Shown: positions 26,483 to 37,660 of the stretch, in pieces
Numbering within the stretch: position 1 is the stretch's first letter
Layout: every line of letters begins with the position of its first letter
Assembly (NCBI GenBank): GCA_004213175.1
Contig: SHAT01000004.1
Span: 3,039 to 67,038, forward strand
DNA: 64,000 nt
Direction: 5' to 3'
DNA from: Pseudomonadota bacterium
GTDB lineage: Bacteria; SAR324; NAC60-12
The notes under the pieces: model-generated
Seen by the model: the letters and a program-made list of their open reading frames with translations, nothing else
Databases searched by the model: none
What the model was told of the DNA's origin: nothing
Made by a program: the position numbers and the translations under genes

Positions 26483-28678
26483 ATGTCTAGCTCGATAGAT
26501 ATGTCAGGACCTCTTTTATCAACAATGAATCGTGGTGGCTGGACCAGCTCAGGAACCGCACGTTCACTCTTTGTAGAAAGTTTAGGAGATGAATCACTTA
26601 AGGATCAAATTGGAACACCGAGTTTGACAGAATCTCTTGAGAGCCTGAAAAAACAATTTGCCGCTATTCAGCTTGGCAGTGAATACTTTTTTCAGGCCCT
26701 TGAATTTTTGAAGTGGACAGAGCCCAATATCAACAAAGAAAGTCCGGAGGAGCAGCAGCGTTTTCACGTTTTATTATCTGGTTTACTGCTAATGCGCAAA
26801 GCAAATATTTCCGGCAGTACATGTCTACCATGGGAAGTTCTGCAAACTCAAATCTCTAAAACACTTCTTAATTCAGGAATTTCAGCAAATGAACTTTCTC
26901 CGGATAAGTGGAAAAAATGGTTGTTGAGAGGCTTCGCTACAGGAAATAAAACCTCCTCTGATCTCAAGAAAGATTCAATTTTCATCGAGAAAAATTCTCT
27001 TCTTTATTTTAGCAAATTTTGGCAAGTTGAATCCCACTTACTTTCACTACTGTGGAAACGGATAAATATGAAGCCGGATATTCCCGAAAACTCGCTCGTT
27101 GAAAAAGTCCTCGAAACTGTACTTGTGGAGCTACCGGTTCGTTTTGGTGAGGATAATCTAAGACTGGCTGAAGAACAGAAAGAAGCCGTTTTGATGTCAA
27201 TATCTTCCCCTTTGCTGATCGTAACAGGAGGCCCAGGAACAGGAAAAACTTCTGTAGCCGTTACTCTGCTAAGAGTGCTTAAGAGACTTGGTCTTGCAGA
27301 AAGCCCAGCATTGGCAGCTCCCACAGGAAGAGCAGCAAAAAGGATGTCTGAAGCTATAGCCAATAGTTTAAATTCCCTTGAGAATTTGAAGGAACTCCCG
27401 TTTGAGCAAAATTTAATGAAAGTTGCCCTAGAAGCCAAGACTCTGCATAGACTTTTGTCTTATCGTCCTAACACGAATAGTTTTAAACATCACGAATATG
27501 ACCCTTTGGAACACGACTTGCTGATAATAGATGAAGGGTCGATGATTGGTCAGGAGTTGATGATCTCATTACTAAGAGCAACAAATTCAGAATTGCCATA
27601 CCAACATGCCGTCCCAAGGATTATTATAATGGGTGACTCACAGCAACTCCCATCTGTTGGTAATGGTGCCGTGCTACAGGAATTGACAATGCATACCGGC
27701 ACTATGGAGAGAGAAGGTTTTCATGAAACTCAGTTGAATGTAGTGAAACTGCTCAAAAACTTTAGACAGGAGATCGGAGATACCGCAGGCCATAATATTC
27801 ATGGTGTTGCAGAAACTGTAAAAGATATGGAGCATTTCCAAAGTGTAGAAGTGCTTTTTGATTCGAACGTGCCTAATCATAAGATTATTCAGAGAATAAA
27901 AAATCTTGAGGAGTTTGAGCAGGAAAAAGTGGTGTTGCTAAACCAGGCAAATTCTCCTGATCAACTTAGGCATTTTTCAAAATGGTGGATGGATAATTAT
28001 TTAAGTGATGAAAAATTTAAGTTAAATGCTCAACAAAATTATCCTAATGATGCTCCGGAATCTTGCACTGAAAACCTAAACTATCTTTTTGAGCATTTAA
28101 AACATTTCCGTGTTTTAACAGCAACTCAGATTTTGCCATGCGGAGCAGCATCTATCAATCAGAAAATCCGTGAATGCTGGCTGGCAGAAACCGGGGTAAA
28201 AGATTTATATACGAGACACTATCCAGGAGAGCCTGTGATGGTAACTGAAAATAACTATAGACTTCAATTGTTTAACGGAGATCATGGAATTTTTCTGAAA
28301 TTTATCAACCCTGAGCGTAGAGAAGTAGAACTGAAAGCTGTTTTTGTGGTTAACGGCGTTTTCAAAACTTTTTTTCAATATGAACTTCATCATTTGCAAA
28401 CTGCTTACGCTATTACCGTTCACAAAAGTCAGGGTTCAGAATATGATAACCTAGCCTTAATTTTACCTTCTTTAAATAGAGCAAGCGGGGTAGATGTGGC
28501 TGAATTAAGAAGCATAGGTGAGTTAATTAACCGAGAAATGCTCTATACCGCACTGACAAGAGCAAAGAAATCCGTCCTAATACTTGGCGAGCAAAGTGTT
28601 CTGGAAGAAGCAGCACAGTACAAAGTATCACGTTACTCAGGAATTGGCACTGCTTTGGCGAGCAAGGAAAAGGATTAA
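26483..28678 (+). CDS. recD: exodeoxyribonuclease V alpha subunit (RecD) / SF1 helicase
   Basis: It has LYFSKFWQVE (the RecD N-terminal motif), Walker A GGPGTGKT, IIDEGSM and TVHKSQGSEYD. 731 aa. No recB or recC is adjacent. Confidence 0.85.
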   Translation: MSSSIDMSGPLLSTMNRGGWTSSGTARSLFVESLGDESLKDQIGTPSLTESLESLKKQFAAIQLGSEYFFQALEFLKWTEPNINKESPEEQQRFHVLLSGLLLMRKANISGSTCLPWEVLQTQISKTLLNSGISANELSPDKWKKWLLRGFATGNKTSSDLKKDSIFIEKNSLLYFSKFWQVESHLLSLLWKRINMKPDIPENSLVEKVLETVLVELPVRFGEDNLRLAEEQKEAVLMSISSPLLIVTGGPGTGKTSVAVTLLRVLKRLGLAESPALAAPTGRAAKRMSEAIANSLNSLENLKELPFEQNLMKVALEAKTLHRLLSYRPNTNSFKHHEYDPLEHDLLIIDEGSMIGQELMISLLRATNSELPYQHAVPRIIIMGDSQQLPSVGNGAVLQELTMHTGTMEREGFHETQLNVVKLLKNFRQEIGDTAGHNIHGVAETVKDMEHFQSVEVLFDSNVPNHKIIQRIKNLEEFEQEKVVLLNQANSPDQLRHFSKWWMDNYLSDEKFKLNAQQNYPNDAPESCTENLNYLFEHLKHFRVLTATQILPCGAASINQKIRECWLAETGVKDLYTRHYPGEPVMVTENNYRLQLFNGDHGIFLKFINPERREVELKAVFVVNGVFKTFFQYELHHLQTAYAITVHKSQGSEYDNLALILPSLNRASGVDVAELRSIGELINREMLYTALTRAKKSVLILGEQSVLEEAAQYKVSRYSGIGTALASKEKD

Positions 28679-28799
28679 AGATTTGACTTGGTAAACTGTT
28701 ATTAATCGCAAATAATAATCGCGTGTATCAAGTTCTAACAAATTAAAGAATAATTAAAAACAGTTAACTTAAAAAACACAAAATAACTGAGTATCCAAA

Positions 28800-30107
28800 A
28801 TGCGTTTTCTCTGCAACTTATTTTTACTATTGTTTTTGACGGACATACTTACGTTTGCCGGTGATGAAGTAGATTTGTTTAAAGTTGCCAGAGAGGGGAA
28901 TGCCCTACAGATGAAGGGAATTATTACATCCGGTGAAGACTTGAAAAGAAAAGACGCTTCAGGAAGGAATGCTCTGATGCAGGCAGTTGTTTTCGGTAAT
29001 CATGCAACCACACTGGTTCTTCTCGCGAACTCACCTGATCTGGAAAGCAAAGACGGGCTTGGGTTAACTCCGCTAAATCTTTCTGTGCGTTACGGAGACA
29101 CGGAAATGACAAGAATCCTTTTGGAACACGGCGCAAATGTGAAGGACACAATGGAGGATGGTTCTACTCCTCTTATTTTTGCTGCACTGGAAGGGCAAAT
29201 TTCGGCCGTGCGCTTATTACTTGAGTATAATTCAGAAGTTAATTTTCGTACAAATTACGGAGAATCGGCTCTAATAGTAGCTTCTTTTGAAGGTTATTTA
29301 GGAATCGTTCGTTTATTGTTAGATGCTGGTGCAGACATAAATGCCGTAAATGAAGAAGGGTTTACCTCGCTCCTAGCAGCAGCTAGTAATGGTTACCTGG
29401 AAGTTGTAAATTATCTAACTTCCAGAGGGGCAAAGTCCGAGACAGTACAAGTTCAAAAGAATCTAGTAACAACTGACAACTTGTTTGGCAGCAGACGTGA
29501 AGAAGTTGATTTTCAAGATGATTCATCAGAAATGAACGTTTCTGAACCTTTTTATGAATTAATAAGTGCCGCTATAGAAGGTCGCTTAAGTGTCGTCAAT
29601 CAGATGCTTTCAGATGGAGCCGAAGTCAATAAAACTGACGACGTGGGGCGCACAGCCCTAATGGAAGCCAGTTCGTTTGGACGTTACGGCGTGGTAAAAC
29701 GTTTGCTGGAATCAGGTGCGAAAGTCAACTTGGAAGACAATCAAAAGATGACAGCATTAATGCTTGCAACGCTTGAGGGTAGGGAGCGTGTAGTCAGCCT
29801 GTTAGTTGATTGGAAATCAAATGTTAATGCTGCTGACGCTGAAGGATTAAGTTCGCTAATGATTGCTGGGAATGAAGGACGAACCGAAATCGCTCGTTTG
29901 TTGATCAAACATGGAGCGTATATCAACTGGCAAAGTAAGAGCGGCAGCACCGCACTAATGGAAGCCGCCGCGGAAGGACGAACTGATACAGTAAATCTAT
30001 TGATAGGCAAAAATGCTGATCGATTTTTGTTAGATATGTTAGGAAGAAGCGCACTTCTTATTGCGAAACAACAGGGTCATATGGACATTGTGGAAATGTT
30101 AAAATAG
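28800..30107 (+). CDS. secreted ankyrin-repeat protein (~11 ANK repeats)
   Basis: It has a signal peptide LFLLLFLTDILTFA-GD, then repeated G-TALM-A---G------LL--GA-VN units. Confidence 0.9.
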   Translation: MRFLCNLFLLLFLTDILTFAGDEVDLFKVAREGNALQMKGIITSGEDLKRKDASGRNALMQAVVFGNHATTLVLLANSPDLESKDGLGLTPLNLSVRYGDTEMTRILLEHGANVKDTMEDGSTPLIFAALEGQISAVRLLLEYNSEVNFRTNYGESALIVASFEGYLGIVRLLLDAGADINAVNEEGFTSLLAAASNGYLEVVNYLTSRGAKSETVQVQKNLVTTDNLFGSRREEVDFQDDSSEMNVSEPFYELISAAIEGRLSVVNQMLSDGAEVNKTDDVGRTALMEASSFGRYGVVKRLLESGAKVNLEDNQKMTALMLATLEGRERVVSLLVDWKSNVNAADAEGLSSLMIAGNEGRTEIARLLIKHGAYINWQSKSGSTALMEAAAEGRTDTVNLLIGKNADRFLLDMLGRSALLIAKQQGHMDIVEMLK

Positions 30108-30192
30108 AAATTTTTTACCCCTTCTTTCAACTTGGATCCACAACTTCTCAAACTATTACAATCAAAACATCCATAGTTGATAACTCGACAAA

Positions 30193-31914
30193 GTGAAACA
30201 ATCCAAGTGGAAAGAACAGATAGAGTTAATTGAAGCAGAAATGCATAGACTTGGACAGGCAAGTGATGCCCCTGCAGTTCTTAGAGAATTCAGCAAAAGA
30301 CTTTCCACCACAATTCACCATTTTTTTTCTGAGACAGTTTCGTTTGTTCCAGATTCAGCACTCACTATTGAACAGCAATCATTTATACATTCCCTTCAAC
30401 TATATAACTTGCGTTCCGTTATGCGTCTCGTAGTCAACTATGATGTCAATAAAGGACTGAAGGTTATTCTACCTGGAATAGAAAAAAGTTGCCGTTCATT
30501 AATGGTCATTCAGCAATTGGAACGTTTTACCAAAAACTCCAAGGAATCTACTGACCTAGAATTATATAAATTTCGACTGGAAGAAGCCCTGTGCAGTGTC
30601 CTCAAATGCAGACAGGAAGATTTGTATAAGGAAGATATATTGGCTGAAAAAATGGTCTTCGTTTCAGGTGCAACTGATCTTCTACTAAAAAAATTTTTTG
30701 CCGAGCGCTTAAGTACTCTATTTTCTTCAAATTATCGGGCGTATCTAATGCTCAAAAATCGTTACTTTTTGAATCTACTTAAACAGCTCAGAAAGAATCC
30801 TGATAATTGTAAAACTCAGTATAATCGTTTTAAAGAACTGGCAGTTCAGTTCGATAATCATGAAAATTTAGGGTTAGAGCAGGTGGTGGAGCGGCTCGAT
30901 TTCCGAGAGATTGAACAACTAGTAAAGGCACAGATTTTACAAACTGCAGAAGGTGAAACTGTTCTAGAAGATTCTCTTTCATTGACTGCAGCGGGAAATT
31001 ACTCCGAAAATAATAATTCAGACTTAGGTCCTGCAGAAAAAAAATTAGGAAACTTAGACCTTCCTGTAAATCAAACTAAAAATGGTCAGCAAAATTCTTT
31101 TGATTCACTTACCCAGTTAAATTCATTAGACAACTCCACATACGAACAACTCTGTTCCGTTTATTCTGAGCCTTTGGAAAAGCTTTCTGAGAGTTTTAGA
31201 CCTGTACATGAATGTTCTTCACCTTTTTTCCGTTCTAGAGTTGAGGATTATTGTGATGAATTTTCAAAATTTTTTCAGCTTCTTCACGGTGGTAATTTGC
31301 AGGTTATTGCCTCAAGTCACAATTTTACACAGGAATTACTGATTCAACGTGGAATAGAATACAAGGCTACTGAACGTTGGGGAGTGGTTCCAAAAAATAA
31401 CCAGGATGAGGGCTCAGTCTATTTTCGCTCAACTAACGAAAAAGTATCTTTCGTGGATCGTAAAGCAGAGTGGAGTATGTTGATTCAGGCCCGCCTACCT
31501 TTTGTGATTAAACTACCTATAGAAAATGAAAAATCAATAGAAATGGAAAAAGACAAGCTCTGTGTTTTTCAGATCGGAACTGCTTTTTTTGACCAGAAAA
31601 ATAAAGATAAGTGTGATGAATACCCTGACGTTTTTTTCAAGTTAATGTTCGGAGGACACCTTTTATCTGAAAAAAATTCAGTAATTTATGTTGGAGAAGA
31701 CCCTTATTTCACTACAACACTTGAGCAAATGTGGCATTGTCGCGGCTTGGTCTATCTTTTTCTCATGTCTATTTCACACCGCTTTGCTCTTGAACTATCC
31801 TCTGCCATGCAAGATTTTTTAGTAGAGATTTTACCGAGCACTCTCCTTGTCAGTGGTGAAGTGCCTTTCACTGAACCATTAGCGCCTGCTATGAGTTTAG
31901 CGGAAAATTCATAA
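30193..31914 (+). CDS. hypothetical protein (573 aa)
   Basis: It is a long clean ORF with a GTG start, no TM segment and no motif I recognise. Confidence 0.6.
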   Translation: MKQSKWKEQIELIEAEMHRLGQASDAPAVLREFSKRLSTTIHHFFSETVSFVPDSALTIEQQSFIHSLQLYNLRSVMRLVVNYDVNKGLKVILPGIEKSCRSLMVIQQLERFTKNSKESTDLELYKFRLEEALCSVLKCRQEDLYKEDILAEKMVFVSGATDLLLKKFFAERLSTLFSSNYRAYLMLKNRYFLNLLKQLRKNPDNCKTQYNRFKELAVQFDNHENLGLEQVVERLDFREIEQLVKAQILQTAEGETVLEDSLSLTAAGNYSENNNSDLGPAEKKLGNLDLPVNQTKNGQQNSFDSLTQLNSLDNSTYEQLCSVYSEPLEKLSESFRPVHECSSPFFRSRVEDYCDEFSKFFQLLHGGNLQVIASSHNFTQELLIQRGIEYKATERWGVVPKNNQDEGSVYFRSTNEKVSFVDRKAEWSMLIQARLPFVIKLPIENEKSIEMEKDKLCVFQIGTAFFDQKNKDKCDEYPDVFFKLMFGGHLLSEKNSVIYVGEDPYFTTTLEQMWHCRGLVYLFLMSISHRFALELSSAMQDFLVEILPSTLLVSGEVPFTEPLAPAMSLAENS

Positions 31915-32234
31915 AACATAATCTCAATGCAATCCCTTTAATTGCTGTTTTATATCATCTTTTGAGTGCTGACTCTTGCATTCCTTTGTTTGATGCGATA
32001 AAACAGATAATATGTTATATCTTCTTCAATTCTAAAGAATTATGCAGTTTACTTAACTGCAAAGCTGATACACTGTTATAGTTTGATAAGCACGGTTTGT
32101 CATTTTGATTTAAGTAAAATCATTTTGAAGAAAACAGTATCAGTCCCCGCTTTTTTTGAGCAAAATAATATTATTGACTTTTTGACTGAGGTAAAGTCAC
32201 ATTAATCTCAAAATATACCAGCTATAGGAACCAC

Positions 32235-33938
32235 ATGTCTGAAAAAATCCAATCTGCAAAAAGCGGTCACCGCCGCTACTCAAAACTTGTCACTGAAACT
32301 AATGCCCGTGCCGCCAGCAGAGGGATGCTCTACGGTGTAGGCTTCAAAAAAGGAGATTTCCAGAAATCACAGGTCGGTATTGCTTCTACGTGGGGCACAG
32401 TCACACCATGCAACATGCATATCAATGATTTAGCAGAACATGCTGCCAGGGGTGTAAGGAAGTCAAAGGGAATGCCTTTGACTTTCGGTACAATTACGGT
32501 TTCCGACGGTATTTCCATGGGGACCGAAGGAATGAAATATTCTCTGGTTTCACGTGAAGTTATAGCTGATTCTATCGAAACGGTAGTAGGGTGTCAAAGT
32601 TACGACGGTTTGATCGCAATTGGTGGTTGTGACAAAAATATGCCGGGTTGTTTAATTGCGATTGCCCGTTTGAATCGACCTGCTGTTTTTGTATACGGCG
32701 GTACAATTCTTCCCGGAAAACACAAGGGACAGGATGTGGATATTGTTTCGATTTTCGAGGCCGTCGGTAAAGAAGCCGCAGGAAAGATAACACAGAATGA
32801 ACTGGAAGAAGTCGAGTCCTGTGCCATTCCAGGTGCAGGTTCGTGCGGGGGAATGTATACCGCAAATACCATGGCATCTGCTATTGAAGCTCTAGGAATG
32901 AGCCTGCCGAACAGTTCGGCGCAAGAAGCCGTTTCCGAAGAAAAAGTAAGGGACTGCGTGGAAGCCGGGGGAGCGGTTTTGCGTTTGATCGAAAACAATG
33001 TTTGTCCGCAGGATATTATGACTCGCAAGTCTTTTGAAAACGCGATTACGGTGGTGATGGCACTAGGTGGTTCAACAAACGCTGTTTTACATTTGCTGGC
33101 CATGGCTCATGCGGCAAACGTAAAATTAGAACTAGACGATTTTTTGAGAGTTGGCGAAAAATCACCGGTGCTGGCGGATTTAAAACCTAGCGGAAAATAT
33201 TTGATGAGTAATTTTGTCAAAATAGGGGGATTACCACCTTTAATGAAAATGTTACTTGATGCAGATTTGCTGCATGGAGAATGCCTTACCGTTACCGGAA
33301 AAACCGTGAGTGAAAATTTGGCAAATGTGAAACCTTATCTTGAAGGTCAGAACATAGTACATTCACTTACGGACCCTATCAAAAAAACCGGGCACCTTGT
33401 TATTCTCCGCGGTAATCTTGCTTCCGAAGGGGCTGTAGCGAAAATATCCGGAAAAGAAGGGGAATTTTTTAAAGGAAGTGCACGAGTTTTTAATTCAGAA
33501 GAAGACGCTCTTGACAGTATACTGAACGGAACAGTAGTTAAAGGCGATGTGATTGTTATTCGCTATGAAGGTCCAAAGGGCGGACCAGGAATGCGCGAAA
33601 TGCTTTCGCCTACGTCTGCAATTATGGGACGCGGACTAGGACAAGATGTTGCTTTAATTACCGATGGGCGTTTTTCAGGAGGTTCCCACGGATTCGTGAT
33701 TGGGCACATTACGCCTGAAGCACAAGAAGGAGGATTGCTGGCAATTGTAGAAGATGGAGACTCAATTATTATCGACATCCAGAATCGAAAAATTGATCTA
33801 GAAGTTACAACAGATGAAGTTAAAAAACGTCAGGCAAACTGGAAACGTCCTGAAGCAAGTTATACACGTGGTGTGCTGGCAAAATATGCAAAAACCGTCA
33901 GCTCAGCTTCACTGGGTGCAGTGACAGATTTAAACTGA
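32235..33938 (+). CDS. ilvD: dihydroxy-acid dehydratase
   Basis: 567 aa with [18 protein letters not shown] and TDGRFSGG motifs. Confidence 0.97.
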   Translation: MSEKIQSAKSGHRRYSKLVTETNARAASRGMLYGVGFKKGDFQKSQVGIASTWGTVTPCNMHINDLAEHAARGVRKSKGMPLTFGTITVSDGISMGTEGMKYSLVSREVIADSIETVVGCQSYDGLIAIGGCDKNMPGCLIAIARLNRPAVFVYGGTILPGKHKGQDVDIVSIFEAVGKEAAGKITQNELEEVESCAIPGAGSCGGMYTANTMASAIEALGMSLPNSSAQEAVSEEKVRDCVEAGGAVLRLIENNVCPQDIMTRKSFENAITVVMALGGSTNAVLHLLAMAHAANVKLELDDFLRVGEKSPVLADLKPSGKYLMSNFVKIGGLPPLMKMLLDADLLHGECLTVTGKTVSENLANVKPYLEGQNIVHSLTDPIKKTGHLVILRGNLASEGAVAKISGKEGEFFKGSARVFNSEEDALDSILNGTVVKGDVIVIRYEGPKGGPGMREMLSPTSAIMGRGLGQDVALITDGRFSGGSHGFVIGHITPEAQEGGLLAIVEDGDSIIIDIQNRKIDLEVTTDEVKKRQANWKRPEASYTRGVLAKYAKTVSSASLGAVTDLN

Positions 33939-33991
33939 AAACTAATTTAAATTAATGCTTTCAGCAGAAAAATTTCATCGAAACACCATAT

Positions 33992-34530
33992 ATGCAGCTG
34001 AAAAGTATGATGGAAGTGGTTAACACTGAAATCAGACTTTGTCCCGAGAAAAACTGGGAAAGTACTCGCCGTAATGTTTTAAAAGAAAAAGGAATCAGCC
34101 AGCTCCTTTATGGAAGCAAAACCACTTTAGCTGAAAAAATCCGGAACATGTGTCAGCGGGCCCCTGACACTATGCCGGAATTGGTTGATTATCAAAAGCC
34201 GGTTGAAGAAAGCAAGGACTTACTGTTCGGGATTGACGCATCAATCACAACAACCCGCAGCGGAATTGAAGAAACAGGTTCTTTGATATTATGGACGACT
34301 CCAGATGAACCTCGACTAATGTCCCTAATACCACCGATTCACCTAGCCATACCCTATGCCGGTAATATCTAAAACACTTTTTGGGAAGCGGTGAATACAG
34401 AGAAATGGAATTCCAGTATGCAGACAAATGCTTTGCTTATTTCCGGACCTTTCAAGACGGCAGATATTGAAAAAACTCTGGTTTACGGATTGCACGGCTC
34501 TAAAGAGCTGGTTGTACTTTTGATAAAATG
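33992..34530 (+). pseudogene. LUD-domain (LutC/YkgG-like) gene interrupted by an in-frame TAA at 34370
   Basis: The ORF ends ...EETGSLILWTTPDEPRLMSLIPPIHLAIPYAGNI*. The same frame continues NTFWEAV...LLISGPFKTADIEKTLVYGLHGSKELVVLLIK*, which is the conserved LUD C-terminus. Confidence 0.6.
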
Positions 34531-34550
34531 AAGCAAACAATTAAAGAATT

Positions 34551-35747
34551 ATGAAGCAAACGGACATCATCATCATAGGAGGCGGAATTGTAGGACTTGC
34601 AACTGCATACCAATTCACCTTGCACTACCCCAGGCTGAAAATCACTTTACTGGAAAAAGAACCAAACCTGGCAATTCACCAAACCGGACACAATTCTGGA
34701 GTATTACACACAGGTATTTACTATAAACCTGGTTCTCTCAAGGCACTTAACTGCCGTCAAGGGAAAGCCAGTATGGAAGAATTTTGCTTGAAGGAGGGAA
34801 TCGATTTTGAGATTTGTGGAAAAGTTATAGTTGCTGTTTCGGAAAATGAATTATCTGCTCTTGAGACTATTTATCAACGAGGAAGAAAGAACCGTGTATT
34901 GTGCGAAATGATCTGTGCTGAGAAGCTGCACGAATTGGAACCGCACGTTGCTGGAATTAAAGCTTTGCATGTTCCGGAAGCAGGAATTGTTAATTATGTG
35001 AAAGTTTGTGAAAAATTTTCCGAGCATATAAGTCAACAGGAAGGTAACGAAATTATTTGTTCAGCAAAGGTGAATGCCATTCGCCAGAATAGTAAAAGCA
35101 TATTAGTGAAAACTGAGAAAGAGGAACATGAGTGTCGGTATGTAGTCAACTGTGGAGGTTTGTATTCTGATAAAATCACTGCCATGACTCAAAATCCAGA
35201 TTCCAAAATTGTTCCATTTCGCGGAGAATACTATGAGGTCCGTCAGGAGAAACAACATCTGTGCCGGAATTTAATTTATCCGGTTCCGGATCCTGATTTT
35301 CCTTTTTTAGGTGTACATTTTACACGCATGATTGACGGTTCATTGGAGTGCGGACCAAACGCTGTTTTGGCTTTTGCTCGTGAAGGTTACACACTCAACA
35401 CAGTTAATTTTTCGGAACTAGCCGAAATTTTGAGTTATTCCGGATTTAGAAAATTGGCTTTGAAATACTGGCGGGCAGGTGCGGGTGAGATGTGGCGCTC
35501 ATTCTCTAAAGTCGCATTTGTTAATGCATTGCAGCGACTGATTCCAGAAATAACCCAAAAAGATCTTGTAAAAGCTCCAGCTGGAATTCGCGCTCAGGCT
35601 GTTCTACCGAACGGTATGCTAGTTGATGATTTTTTGATTCAGGAAAACAAAAACATGATCAATGTCGTAAATGCACCTTCACCCGCCGCTACTTCTTCAC
35701 TCAATATCGGCAAGCACATTGTAGGGATTGTCGCAAAGAGGTTTTGA
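34551..35747 (+). CDS. lhgO: L-2-hydroxyglutarate oxidase/dehydrogenase (FAD-dependent, LhgO-like)
   Basis: It has an N-terminal dinucleotide fold DIIIIGGGIVGLATAY, then HQTGHNSGVLHTGIYYKPGS. 398 aa. Confidence 0.85.
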   Translation: MKQTDIIIIGGGIVGLATAYQFTLHYPRLKITLLEKEPNLAIHQTGHNSGVLHTGIYYKPGSLKALNCRQGKASMEEFCLKEGIDFEICGKVIVAVSENELSALETIYQRGRKNRVLCEMICAEKLHELEPHVAGIKALHVPEAGIVNYVKVCEKFSEHISQQEGNEIICSAKVNAIRQNSKSILVKTEKEEHECRYVVNCGGLYSDKITAMTQNPDSKIVPFRGEYYEVRQEKQHLCRNLIYPVPDPDFPFLGVHFTRMIDGSLECGPNAVLAFAREGYTLNTVNFSELAEILSYSGFRKLALKYWRAGAGEMWRSFSKVAFVNALQRLIPEITQKDLVKAPAGIRAQAVLPNGMLVDDFLIQENKNMINVVNAPSPAATSSLNIGKHIVGIVAKRF

Positions 35748-35827
35748 ACTGAAGAAGTAAGAAATGTTTTAGTGGATTTCTGGCTTCCTAACTGTTTCTT
35801 TAAATTTGCTTTAGCTAAATTTTAACC

Positions 35828-36721
35828 CTAGCCCTGCCAGCGCAGCAACACCTCCTCTAGCGCGGCTACAGGAAGAATAAACTTGCCACTCATAGATGGA
35901 ACTAAAAACTCATTATTTGGCCAGCAAAGAGAAAATAAGTTTTCAAAACAAAATTGCCCGCTGTTAAGAAGTGGACGTATTTCTAATATTTTGACATCGA
36001 AAGGTGCAAATATAACATTTGTTAGACCTGCTCCGTGTGGCCCGATTACGTGAGAAGCCGAGCTAAAAAGCTCTACTTGTTCTCGAATGCTCATCTGCTC
36101 CAGATATACTTTTTGGAATTCGTGTTTTTCAAGTACCCCTAAAAAATCATCCTCATTTGTTAAGTGACGTTTAACTGCTAATTTTCTTGAGACATAAATC
36201 CTTTCTTGAGATTTTTTTTCTTGGTAAAAAAGTTTAGGATACAAATTCTTTAAAAAAGTCCGGATTTTTTTGACTTTATCTATATTCCATTCAGGAGTTT
36301 TCATTTCCGGAATAATAAGTTTTTCAACATGAAAAACATCAGAACCTAACACCTGTACCTCAAAACCTGCCTCCCTGAGGAAATCAAGAAACACAATCGG
36401 CATAAATTCTGGGACTAAGACCGGAAATCGCGGAGCATCAACCAAGTGCGAAAGCAAATCGGTCAATAGGTGGTAATAACTATAAATATGTGGAGAGATA
36501 CCTAAATGGTAGGTACCATTAAGTAGACTGGCATTTGAAGGGTCAATAAAACCTTGACTCAGTCGAGCTTCTATGAGACGTCGGTGTTTTCCTGCAACAG
36601 GATTTTTTTCAGGATTTGAAAGATGCCAAGGATATTTCTGAAAATGAAACCAGATTTTATTTCCGGACTGTACTAAACCATCACCAGCGGAAAGCAAAGC
36701 ATCTTCAACAATTAATTGCAT
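35828..36721 (-). CDS. glycosyltransferase family 61 / DUF563 protein
   Basis: It has the C-terminal signature SHVIGPHGAGLTNVIFA. 297 aa. Confidence 0.7.
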   Translation of the reverse strand: MQLIVEDALLSAGDGLVQSGNKIWFHFQKYPWHLSNPEKNPVAGKHRRLIEARLSQGFIDPSNASLLNGTYHLGISPHIYSYYHLLTDLLSHLVDAPRFPVLVPEFMPIVFLDFLREAGFEVQVLGSDVFHVEKLIIPEMKTPEWNIDKVKKIRTFLKNLYPKLFYQEKKSQERIYVSRKLAVKRHLTNEDDFLGVLEKHEFQKVYLEQMSIREQVELFSSASHVIGPHGAGLTNVIFAPFDVKILEIRPLLNSGQFCFENLFSLCWPNNEFLVPSMSGKFILPVAALEEVLLRWQG

Positions 36722-36874
36722 GTTTAACTTTTAACCCGCTCACTCAATCAACAGCTGGGCATCAATCAAAAAGCACTCAACCGTTAGTTGTCAGTGTTCA
36801 GTTGAGAAATCAGTGCATAAAAAATTGTCCCGATGAAGCACGCACCAACGCTTATCAACAAGTTCATGTCTGTT

Positions 36875-37309
36875 TCAGAAAGAAACTGTCAAAAAATCAA
36901 GACGCCATTGAGGGGAATCTTTATTATAATCTAGTCGAGGAAGTGGTAATATTTTTTCTGGACGTATTGCTAATACGTTTGAATTAAGTTCTAGGTGAAA
37001 TAAACCCTTTTTTTTACTGTTACTCATGAAAATATTACCTCCGGATTGAGAATCATAAATCCCGAATCCCATTCCAATAAACAAGCCAAATGCTGAACCT
37101 TTGGTAACATATTTAGGAAATAATTTGTCTTCTTGATCTTCTTCCTGCAAAGCCCATAAAGCAAGACCAGAAACACCGCCTATCGCGGCACCCCAGAGAC
37201 TACTTTTAAAGACTATTTCTAAAGTTTCCGCACGCGCGTCAATAGTACCGCTAAATAATAAGCTGACGGAAATGGCACATATGCCCAAAGTTTTTTTTAG
37301 CCAATTCAT
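36875..37309 (-). CDS. secreted/glycine-zipper hypothetical protein
   Basis: It has a signal peptide plus GxxxG-rich hydrophobic stretches. Confidence 0.45.
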   Translation of the reverse strand: MNWLKKTLGICAISVSLLFSGTIDARAETLEIVFKSSLWGAAIGGVSGLALWALQEEDQEDKLFPKYVTKGSAFGLFIGMGFGIYDSQSGGNIFMSNSKKKGLFHLELNSNVLAIRPEKILPLPRLDYNKDSPQWRLDFLTVSF

Positions 37310-37660
37310 TCAACCCTCCATGTAATGACGTTTTACTAATTGTTAATTGCAGATATTTGCTCTGCAGCTTTTATCATAAAAATTTAATGCAATTTGAATG
37401 CAACTGTGTTTAAAAGTCATTTATGAAGTATGAGTTAAAATTAGATTGCTGATCAAGTATAAATTTAAATTCTTTATTTATGTTTAAGAGAGATATTTGT
37501 GCATAAAATAGGTTTTTTCCCCGTCATAACCTCTGAAATAATGATTAAAAAGAAATTCCAAAAATCTTTAAAATCACAAAAAACAGTAAAATTAACCTAC
37601 CTGCAATAACAAGGTGCATCATAAAGTCATCTTTCATACATTTTTAATAAGAAGAATTTA

